Source of the DNA: Macrostomum hystrix
Lineage: Eukaryota; Animalia; Platyhelminthes
DNA: 64,000 bases
Assembly (NCBI GenBank): GCA_950097015.1
Contig: CATNEN010000041.1
Coordinates: forward strand, 496,001 to 560,000
Reading direction: 5' to 3'
A program made the position numbers and the translations under genes. This document shows positions 51,412-61,564 of this stretch, piece by piece. The first letter of the stretch is position 1. Each line of letters starts with the position of its first letter. A model generated the notes under the pieces. The model made no database searches. It was not told where the DNA came from and worked only from the letters and a program-made list of their open reading frames with translations.

Positions 51412-54400
51412 TCAATCCATGTTTCCATCATCGCCCGCTGTACATCTTCCCGTCTGGGACCCTTTGGTGTCTGAAACAGAAGTTGGCATTGCTGCAGCTG
51501 TCTGCAGTGAAGCCGTCATCTGATCCTCGTCTTCCTCTCTGAGTTGGCCAAAGCCCGTAGCCAACGGCTTCCGCTTCTTGCCGGCCGAGTTTTGCCGTGA
51601 TTTTTGACGAGGTGCCGCCGCTGTTTGAAGCTGTCGGTTTCTGACGTCTAACTGCTCCTGCTGATTTGGATACGACTCAGACAGGCACTGCTGCTGATGT
51701 CCACGAAGATGCACGAGCATGGCGGAGGGTAACTGCGGCAACCTTGCAGCACCAATAGGATTCCTGAAGGCGGAGTCCATGACAATGTGTCGATTTTTTT
51801 ATTGAAAGACAAAAAACTAGGAAATGTAATTGTAACATGTAATTGACTTTTGTAGTATATTTGCGTCGTATTGAATAGATTTAAGTGAAATGATATACTC
51901 GTATATGTTGCCGAAAAACAGCTATAACACATAGTTTCTACTTAAATTACCCTAATTGACCACTTTTTTTTATTAATCTCTTGAAGGTGATGTTATTCTC
52001 ATCTTACGAAAATAAACTTAAAAATGAAAATAATTAATAAAGGCAACTTTCTAGACGATTGCACTCAGAGTAAACCACGCGAACAAATGCTTGTTCTTTG
52101 AGTCCATCGTCTTTATAATAATCCTAATCCTAGATCCTCGTCTTTATAATATGTCTTATGTTTTATAATAAGACATACATGGACATTGAAGACTGCTGCT
52201 GCTGTTGTTGCTGCTGCTGGGAGGATCTAGAACCGTTCCAGCTGCTTTTTCGCCGCCACTGGCTGGCCATCTGGGCCTCGGCCACGGCCCCGTTGAACAC
52301 AAGATCGATTATCTTTGTGTCATCTGCTGCCGATACCTGATCAAGTGTGCAATGGCATCGATTTTCGTCCCATTCTGGCATAAAATACAAACCACAATTT
52401 GCTATTACTCGTACTAGTAATAGTAATTTGTAATAGTAATAGTACTAGTAATAGTAATACTAGTAATAGTAATACTAGTAATAGTAATTTGTAATAGTAA
52501 TAGTACTAGTAATAGTAATACTAGTAATAGTACTGGTAATTTGCTCGTACTATAAGGGGGAGCCAAAAGTTTCCGTAATTTTTTTCAGCTATATCTACGT
52601 ACAACTTTTGTTTATGGTAAACCTCAAAAGTGGCAGTCATCCACCAGCATGCTTCTATCTCTTTTACTCAGAATCAGCGCATCTCTTCAGCTCTGTTTGA
52701 ATAGCAACTATCGTACGAGTAATATACGCTCGTAGCTTTTTGCAGCCTAGTTAATCCTGCAAGCATTCAATTTAATCATGAGTAGGCGCAGCAATGCGCC
52801 TCAGTAGTTGCAGCCTCGGCAATTCGGTGATGCACAAGAACTCGCCAGTCACGCAACGAGTATCCAACCGGCGGGCTGTCGAGTTCTTCTTGAACTTCCT
52901 GCTGCGCCAGCTGGCGCTGGATGGCAGCCTTTAAGCACGCATGCGCGTTCTCGACTGGATTGAGGAATGGTGAGTACGGCGAGAGCTTCACAATTCGCCA
53001 TGTTTGCCGGTACTCTTCTGGGATAGTGGCTGCGTTGTGGAAGCGAGTGCCATCCATGATCACGCAGAAGTTGTCACCTTCATTCACATCCTCGCGTGAC
53101 ATAACGCTCTGCACCATTTCATTAATGAAGTCCTGTAACTTATTTGCCGTCATTGTCTCCGCCAGGATCTTGGTGCTGACCAGGCCGATGTTAGGAGACA
53201 TAGCTTGTATCACATTCACCTGCACACCATGTTGCGTATGTACTTTGCGCCGAACTCTCTGCCCACTGATGCTGCGACCCTGCGACCGACGTGTCCATAT
53301 ATTGAAGCCTGTCTCATCAATGTATATGAGATGACATTCTGGTTCTAGCTCGATCAGCCACTGAGCGAAGGCCTGGCGGTGCGCAATGTTCTCGTCAGTT
53401 TCTCGCTGCTGGAATGTCGACGTCACGACTGAGGAATTTTAGCGTAAAGAGCTGCTTGTCTAGTGCTCTGCTTACTGTGCACTCGCTGACATGCAACTGA
53501 GGATCTTCGGCCTGAAGCTTATGCTTCATTTGCTTCAGTGTGAGAAGTGGATTATCTTCCACCGAGCTTACCAACTGTTGCACGTGATCATCGGTAATCT
53601 TCACTGTTCGAGCGCCCCCGCGAGTGACCTGCGACTTCGTAACGTCTTCGTATCGAGTATACGGTGCGCAGCTTCACCTGGAGCCACTGCGCGATGGCAG
53701 CCGCACTTTCCCCACGATCCCAAGCGTTTAAGATCATGTCATACTTCTCATCAGTTATTTTGTCATACTTTCCGCGACGTGCCGCGGGGGGAGGAGGTGG
53801 CCCTTCTTCATTCACTGCTTCGAAGCTTGCTTCAGTGCCTTCTTCTTCAAACGAAGCGCTGGAGATGCTCATTACTCATGTCACAGATTGCAATGATAAA
53901 AAATGTACGATGTGTAGAAAATAATTAAATGCGCGCTTGCAAGATTAAATGGAATGCAGGTTTGCACAGTCCGAGAAATAGACAGGCTGCCAGAGCAACT
54001 GCTGCAGCACTGCTGCGCCTACTTATGATTAAATTGAATGCTTGCAGGATTAACTAGGCTGCAAAAAGCTATAATAATTGTCTACACGGTCTTAGGCTTA
54101 GATAATGGTAGATTTATCTCTAGGTTTCGAGTGCGCAAATAGTCTATGGCACGAGTGCGCGTTAGCAATGGAACCTACACCTTTTTACTTTCTATTTTGG
54201 AAAAGGTGCACTCGATATTGACATCGTTGCATCCAATTGTGACAGTCTGTGGCAGCGCTAGCTAAAATGTTCAACCTATTTTGACAAACTTTGGTTCACT
54301 TCTGACAATTTGCATCCGATATTGACAAACTTCAAGCTTTGTTGACACTTTGCAAGCAACTATGACATCGGGCATTCGATTCTGACACTGGGTTACAAAC

Positions 54401-57400
54401 CAATGCCTTTGTCTCGCTGTCTATGGGAACAAGTCTGCTCATTTGCATCCATATTTGACACTGTGCATCCAAAATTGACACAAAATTAATGGCACAACAC
54501 AAGTAATAACTTTTCCACAAACTATTCCTTTTTGCCATAGACTACGTGTACCATATACGAGCTATGTGGCCTACATGTATAATCTTTCCCACTTATTTCG
54601 GCTGTCTAGGGTGCAAAGGCACTCGGCGCGAATTTCATTGACCTCGGCTTCGCCTCGGTCAATAAATTTGCGCCTCGAGCCTTTACACCCTGGCAGCCGA
54701 AATAAGTGGGAGAGATGGTATGTATCCCCCACTTGGCTGCCGACTTTCATTGCACTTTAAGTCTTCTGTTTCTTGCTACGCTCTGTCTGTAGTCTATGGT
54801 GAAAATCAAAATCCGAGAGGAGGGTAGACGCTAAAAAAGACAGCCTTTATGCGAAAAAGACAGAACAGGACAGAATAGCAGACGCTTGTATATGTCTAGC
54901 CCTCGATTTGAAAGCTTGACTGAGGCCGAGGCGGAGGCCATGATTGGCGGCACGGTCCCTTCGAACACCGTAAAGAAATGCGAGTGGATGCTGTCTACTT
55001 TCAATGAATGGCACGCGTTTAAGAAGCAAGAATGGGCGACGAATGGTGGACCATCCATCATGGTTATCAAGGACATGGATGAGTTTGACAAGACGGACCT
55101 GAACTTTCTCCTGAAGTTGTTTATCCTGGAGGTCCGGACAAAACGGAACGAACGGTACTCGGCTGGTACCCTGAAGGACTTCTTCTCAATGCTACAATAC
55201 CAAATGCGCAACGTGCATCGCAAGGACTGGTGCCTCTGGACGAATGTCGAGTTTGCCGAGTGCAGAAGAGCGTTGGACGCTGCTATGAAGCTATCAACTG
55301 CTGAGGGCAAGGGCGTCGGGCTCAAGAAGTCTGACCCGGTGTCAAAGCCCATCGAAGATGACTGCTGGACGGAGGGTGTGTTTGGTTCCGAGCGTTCTCG
55401 TTTTGCACTTTCTTTGTTTATTTCCCCAGACGGGTGTGACTTATGTCTGTGGTAAAAGTTCTGTTTCGCGCGGGGGCGCGGGAAATAAATGATTTATTGC
55501 CCTAGGGCAAATAAACGAAACGCGTTACGACATAGACAATGTTGGCGGGCAAGTGGGGGATACATGTAACATGGATTTAGGCTTCCGATGAATACATAGT
55601 TGTTGTCCTATTAAACATTTTCTCGGTTAGCCCTGCCATTTAACCTTTTGTATGGCCGGGGCGCGTGTCAACGTCAAAGTCAGCGACGACGACAGGAGGT
55701 GCTTAATTATTGCCAATGAAAATGGTGACGACTTCGTTCACCTTGCTCATGCGTTAGGTATCAAGAGAACCACTGCGTATGCTATTGTTAGCAGTGGACG
55801 AGTAGAAAAGTTACCAAAAGGTGGCCGTACATTCACACGAGTGGATCAGGACATGCTGGAGTTCATGGAGAATACAATCGAGACAAATCCCAGTGTTACT
55901 CTGGCTGAGATCAAAGCTGGACTGCACGCTCGATTTCCGGCGAAGCCTGAAGTGTCGCTTACAACCATTAGTCGTCATCTCGATGGGCTTCTCTACACGA
56001 CAAAGCTGGTGAGGAACCTGTCCGTGGAGCGGAACTCACCAGAGAATCTCCAGCAGCGTCGAGCCTACTGCGAGTGGTGGTGTTCTGCCGAGGTCGTGAA
56101 CCGCCCAAAGGTCTATGTTGATGAGTTCGGATTTGATTGCTGGACGAGAAGATCATTTGGCAGAGCGCAGCAAGGTCAGAGAGCCTATCGACGTGTCGCT
56201 GGATCGAAGGGACCACGGCTGACTATTTGTTGTGCAATTTCTCCAGCCGTCGGAGTCATTCACTTCCAAAGTTACCCGACCGGCATGACGAAGGAGCGGT
56301 TTGCCGAATTTCTTAACATCTTGGTGGGCAACATGCAGCAAGCTTTCAACGAGCCGGCCTATATAGTGTTTGACAATGTGAGCAGCCACAATGGCGGTGA
56401 AGACCAAGAACTGCCTGGCGTCGTCGAGATGAAGCGTTTGTCACCATACAGCCCATTTCTCACGCCTGTTGAGAACGCAATTTCTGCATGGAAGGCTGCC
56501 ATCAAGGCGGAGCTAGCCACCAACATGGATGCGTTCCTGAATCCTGGCCAGCTTGAACTAGCGGGACGAACAAAGGCAGCGTACCGACGAGACATGCTCG
56601 AAAGATTTGCAAACAATTCGGTTGGTGTTGTTACTCCTGCCAACTGCCAGGCCTGGTACAATCATTGCTTGGCGTACGTGCCTCGGTGCATTGGACTGAT
56701 ACCCATCGATGGTTGAAGTGACAGGCCACGATGCTTGGAGTCAAAGTGATGAGATAAAAGACTACATGTAACAACACGTTAATATGCTGTGTACATGTTT
56801 TGTTCCCGTTTGGAATTTTTTCGTACGTACTTGAGGAAAAGTTTTTTACTTGAAGTACGAGTACATTTGAGCAATATTATGTGAATAATGTGTCAATTTT
56901 GGATGCACAGTGTCAAATATGGATGCAAATGAGCAGACTTGTTCCCATAGACAGCGAGACAAAGGCATTGGTTTGTAACCCAGTGTCAGAATCGAATGCC
57001 CGATGTCATAGTTGCTTGCAAAGTGTCAACAAAGCTTGAAGTTTGTCAATATCGGATGCAAATTGTCAGAAGTGAACCAAAGTTTGTCAAAATAGGTTGA
57101 ACATTTTAGCTAGCGCTGCCACAGACTGTCACAATTGGATGCAACGATGTCAATATCGAGTGCACCTTTTCCAAAATAGAAAGTAAAAAGGTGTAGTGAT
57201 AGATTCATTGATTTATGGGCAAAGCATTCTTCTGGTTTAAGCCATAGACATAGATAGATTGGAATTTACCGCACGCATGGACTATAAGAGGGATAAGTGA
57301 AATTTAGGTTTAGCCAGAAAGTAGAGACGAGAGAAGAAATACAACCGAAAATGTCTCGAATCATTAGACTTATTGACTACTTTAAATTTCCGAATGAAAT

Positions 57401-59182
57401 GATTTCGGGTCTTGCGTCTACGGAGATTGATCAGGCTTTGGCCTGGCAGGAAGTGATGGCACTGGTTGACGAGCAACTGGGTGTCGCTGACGATTTTACC
57501 CAAGATCTCGACGAGGTGAGCAACAAACTCTTCGAATTGTTACCGGAGATCGATGGACCTGGCCAGGAAGAATCTGCACTGACGCAGTTGGACGTAGATT
57601 TGCAGGAACTTGAGAAGATCAACTGTGTTGAAGGGACAAAGCGACAAGAAGTTCTCTACTTGGGCCTCTTTCGGAAGTTTGTATCTGCATATCCGGCCAT
57701 GAAGTTCGAAGAGACTTCCTGTACGAAGGAGGATCTGAATAACGCCCTGCGGTATTTCTACGGGACATTGAAGAGGCGTGATGGAAAGGCTTATGCTCCT
57801 GCGACACTCGACATTCGAGCGGCGCTTTTCCGCTTCTTCATGCGGCAAAGAAGTTTTAACATCATTGCTGACCCAGAGTTTTACCGAGCCAATGAGACTC
57901 TTAAGACGGTCGGAAGGCGTTTCTTCAACGAGGGAGGTTCCGTGTCTCACTTTGAAGCAATCGATCCTGAGGATTTGGCGCGTCTGTCTGCCTACTTTAA
58001 CCGTTCTACTCCGTTGAGACTGCTTCAAGAAGTATATTATAACACGGCTTACTACTTTGAGACCAGAGGACGAGAGTGGCTACGTGGTTTGAGTACCGAT
58101 AGCTTTGTCTTCGGTAGGGCGCCCGACGGCCGGGAGATTGTTCGCTTGCGCGAGGGAAAGGTGAAGAATGTTGGAAACGACTTGACAAGAGTTGCTTCGT
58201 GCAATATGAAGGAGTCTGTAATGACCAGTGCCGATGTTCATTGCCCTGTGCAGTGTCTCCGTTTGTACTTGGTGAAGAGAGAGGAATCTATTGCCTGTAC
58301 ATCATCAGCAACTGCTGTGGGTGCTTCGTCTAAAGCCTATATGCTTAGAGGCAGAGCGAGTAAATACAAAAAACAACCTAGTTCGCCAGAGAGCAGCCCA
58401 AGTGCAACACATAACAACATTTGCTCACCAGAAAGTGTCGACAGCGAAACTGGCTGCTTAGAATTTCCATTTCGGCCCGGTCCACGTGGCCCCGATGCGC
58501 CATATCCGTCTTATTACCAACAAGAACTATGGGCAACGGGCGATCCGGTCCACGAGTTGAACGAGCCAGGTCCAGAAAGAGACGTGTCCTAGGTCCACTG
58601 TCCAGCATGGTGACGTCATAGACGGCCAGGAAACTGTCCGCCCAGTCGGCGCTGGCGGACAAACCCGAAAAACCGCGACGCTTTATTTAAATCGAGAAAA
58701 TGAGCTTTATTTGAATTAATCATCAGCTTTGACGCTCTTTAGCTGATAGCTAGCTGATAGCGTTCCATTAAAGCACAAAATGGGAGGGAAGAAAACTGTA
58801 TTTTAATACGAAAAGCAGAGCCTGGTTTCAACTGCTAACCAAAATATGGGTCAGATTTTTTTATCTCAGAGAAGTCGCAGAGAAGAAGCTCACCTCATAG
58901 GCTGAGGCATCCAGGATGTCTACATCGATGCAGCTGTCTTGCAACTGAACCTGGTGTCTGTAAACTACATCAATACCAGTCTGGTAGCTCTCGATGAATC
59001 TTTTTGTCAGGTAGCGGACCAGAAGGGCTGAGAGGCATAATAAGTGGGGCGGAGAAAAATTACCCGAGTATTGCTTCTAAGAAACGTCAAAATTTGTATC
59101 GATGGTTGCCAATATTTTGCCCGTAAGCCTCACCAGACTTTCCGGCTCCGTCTGGTCCGATAATAATCAGTCGAACTGGCAT
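51412..59182 (-). CDS. RERG/RASL11-12-like small GTPase, about 314 aa, 5 exons
   Basis: Exons 59182-59134 (MPVRLIIIGPDGAGKS), 59027-58894 (ALLVRYLTKRFI...YRHQV...DILDASAYE), 58680-58429 (WADSFLAVYDVT...VLVGNKTD), 52336-52179 (VSAADD...VF) and 51763-51412. All phases are consistent. The last exon is less certain. Confidence 0.75.
52410..52535 (+). repeat. TAGTAA/TAGTAATAC microsatellite
   Basis: Imperfect AT-rich simple repeat in RERG-like intron 3. Confidence 0.8.
52735..54069 (-). mobile_element. IS630/Tc1-like DNA transposon with a frameshifted transposase
   Basis: TIRs of about 63 bp (GCTTTTTGCAGCCTAGTTAATCC...) flanked by TA (52733-34 and 54070-71). The transposase is split over ORFs 53872-53588, 53604-53395 and 53426-52776, with motifs YIDETGF, IMDGTRFH and LSPYSPFLNPVE. 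Confidence 0.9.
54886..55455 (+). mobile_element. 3'-truncated Crypton (ZMYM/QRICH1-type DUF3504) ORF nested in the Tc1-like element
   Basis: PSNTVKK..W.LSTFNEW, LNFLLKLFILEVRTKRNERYSAGTL, CRRALDAAMK...EG.G...K..P.S...E...W..GVFG. It ends before the catalytic residues. Confidence 0.75.
55652..56716 (+). CDS. IS630/Tc1-family DDE transposase, 354 aa, uninterrupted
   Basis: HTH-like N-terminus, then YVDEFGF, VFDNVSSH and LSPYSPFLTPVE. Confidence 0.9.
   Translation: MAGARVNVKVSDDDRRCLIIANENGDDFVHLAHALGIKRTTAYAIVSSGRVEKLPKGGRTFTRVDQDMLEFMENTIETNPSVTLAEIKAGLHARFPAKPEVSLTTISRHLDGLLYTTKLVRNLSVERNSPENLQQRRAYCEWWCSAEVVNRPKVYVDEFGFDCWTRRSFGRAQQGQRAYRRVAGSKGPRLTICCAISPAVGVIHFQSYPTGMTKERFAEFLNILVGNMQQAFNEPAYIVFDNVSSHNGGEDQELPGVVEMKRLSPYSPFLTPVENAISAWKAAIKAELATNMDAFLNPGQLELAGRTKAAYRRDMLERFANNSVGVVTPANCQAWYNHCLAYVPRCIGLIPIDG
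57297..58300 (+). mobile_element. Crypton tyrosine recombinase lacking its C-terminal catalytic part
   Basis: LRYFYGTLKRRDGKAYAPATL, F..ANETLK, YFETRGREWLR and CPVQCLRLYL are present. No HxxR or Y segment follows; the ORF tail runs antisense into a RERG-like exon. Confidence 0.78.
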
Positions 59183-59954
59183 GAGGATGATTCAATTCTC
59201 GTAGGAGATAGCGTGACTAGAAAGTAGCTCGTAGTTATTTGCCCAGTTGGCAGGAAGAATTAAGCAGCAGAAAGTTTCTTTTGCCTTTATACAGTAAATA
59301 CATCAGATAATTAGATTCTGCATCGGATCTCACAACCGAAAAAAGGTTGTTCATTTGATTATCTTGCAATAGGCTGCACAGCGGCCAAATTTAATCTATT
59401 TTAGATCAGATCAAATAAATACATTTATCCATTTGCAAGTTCGCTAAATGCAACAAGCTAAACACTGCTAGGTCTCCCTAGTTTCTAGTACAGAATACTA
59501 ATGAAATAAAGTCGGTTAAAATCGACAAAGCAAGTTTTTTGCAAAATCGAGGCATGGCCTTTTAGATATCGGACATAAAGAAAACTCGTACATCTTTGTT
59601 AGCCGCGCAGTTTAAACCGTGGGTCTTCCTGGGACCATTTTAATAAACTTTCGAGCCGAAAACAGCAAACAATTGCTATCAAGCTCATCCGTATGTAGAC
59701 CGTATTTTCACTAAATAGGCCGCTCCCTTAAGTAGGGAAAAAGTAGCAGCTATAAAAATAAACAAAATATAATGAAGCTAACTATGCACTGCTGCTTCTT
59801 AGCATAGATACACTACTTTAATTTTGCGGGATGTATGCATATAAATCCAGGAGCCACGTCTAGCGATGTCTATGGTAAAAGTAAATTTATGTTATAAAAT
59901 AGAAACTTGAGCGAAGAAGCGAAAGAAAAATTACGTCCATTGAGGAAGAACAAA

Positions 59955-61240
59955 TGGAAGAGCAAGTCTTAATAAATCCTTTAGTGCACTTTGCGGAAGA
60001 TTTCTGCGGCGATTATGACCAAATTGTATCACCGAGCGCGACTTGGAAGAGATTCTGATTGAAGGTTTAGATTTTCGTGATCCATACTCTGTTCAAGTAG
60101 TGAGAGCTGTTCGTGAATGCGAGGCCCTAGATGCAGTGAAAGCTCTTAATGAGAGTACAAAGGCTGTAAACACCATCAAGCGTAACAAGTGGGCCGTCGG
60201 TGTTTTCACTCGTTGGCTTCACACTGCTAGGATTCCATGCACCGTGTCTGTTGATGAGTTGGACGACGTCTCCATCAACCAGTTGGTTCCACAGTTCATC
60301 CATGGATCTGTGCGTCTAGATGGTTCTAAATACCCGCCGGGAACGCTAGTGTCACTTGTCTGCGGGTTGCGACAAACGATCTGTTCCGTTCGACACGTCG
60401 ACTTTTTCCGAGGTGAGTAGTTTCGTCTTGTCACGGAGAGTCTTGATGCTGCTATGAAAATTGGTGCTAGGGAGGGAAGAGGTCTGGTGAGTAAGAGTGC
60501 GCGTGTGATCACTGACACCGACGAAGAGAAGCTATGGACCAATGTGCTGGGCAATGATACTCCGAAGAAGTTACTCAGGACACTTTTCTATCTAAATGGG
60601 TTACATTTTGCTCTTAGAGGAGGGGAGGAGCACAGCGCTATGACAATCGACCAACTGTCAATTGAGATTAGAGACGAGAAATGTTGCTTGGTATACGTGA
60701 AACCGTTTCAAAGACCAACGCTGGTGGGTTGGCCAGTCACACAAGAATTAAACCAAAGGTGGTTGTCCACTTTGAGTCTACCAATTCAACTAGGTGCCAT
60801 GTGAGCCTATTTGAAGAGTTTTTACTCAAGCGTCCAGCACGAGCGACCCGTTTCTATTTGCAACCGTTGGCCAAGCCCGGTGTTAAGTGGTTCGCAAATA
60901 AGCCTATTGGCAAAAACAAGCTATGCGGATTCATGAACGAAATGTGCACCGAGGCAGGAATCATTGGATGAGTGACTAATCACAGCCTGCGTGCAACATG
61001 TGCCACCCGTTTGTACCAGGCAAACGTGGATGAACAGCTCATCATGGAGAGAACAGGACATCGAAGTTTAACTGCACTGCGATGCTACAAACGAAATGTC
61101 CAAATGTCTGCTATGTCCAAATCGAAAAATGCAGTGCAATTTTGGATGGAAAAAGTCTAGAGACTGTCGTTAAGCGTACGGGCCGAGGCCAGGTGATCAA
61201 TTTCAACTTCAAGGACTGTAATGTAACCATCAACAATTAA
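59955..61240 (+). pseudogene. Near full-length Crypton tyrosine recombinase gene with stops and frameshifts
   Basis: Joining ORFs 60043-60420, 60454-60804, 60681-60971 and 60972-61160 gives LHFALRGGEEH (R), TNHSLRATCATRLY (HxxR) and RTGHRSLTALRCY (H, Y). A terminal FNFKDCNVTIN follows at about 61200-61240. Confidence 0.85.
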
Positions 61241-61564
61241 TTGGGGTAAATTTATTACACTGGCATTTAACTCTATAAAGGAAGTCTTTACTTGAAGTAT
61301 GCTATGTACTTTGTTAAAACTGTTTCAGCGCTCTTTTACATGTGTCGGAAATGTTTCCTCCAGAAAACCTTCTCGTCGTTTCCTTTGACTCTCCTCTTTA
61401 ACCTCTTCAAACCTAAGCTCTAACGCCTACACAGTCAGTTCTGCCGGATGGCCAGCAGGACTGGCCATAGACTATTTTTGCTCGCTTCTTCACTCTCTTA
61501 ACCTCCGGTAAACAAAAATAAGCCCAGACCTTCCCTATTTTCAGTCTCTTTTTCTCTCCAAAAA

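Larger units (their letters stand above)
54178..57193 (+). mobile_element. IS630/Tc1-like DNA transposon with 305-bp TIRs and an intact transposase
   Basis: The inverted repeats 54178-54482 and 56889-57193 appear identical by eye. TA TSD at 54176-77 and 57194-95. It contains the transposase 55652-56716 and a Crypton fragment. Confidence 0.92.

Noticed and set aside
52735-57193. Fanzor/TnpB cargo in the IS630/Tc1-like elements
   Set aside because: No RuvC-like ORF is present; the only passenger is a truncated DUF3504-type fragment.
58300-58592. C-terminal part of the 431-aa ORF as a Crypton-host fusion protein
   Set aside because: The tail is read-through antisense to intron and exon 3 of the RERG-like gene; the minus strand carries the real coding signal.
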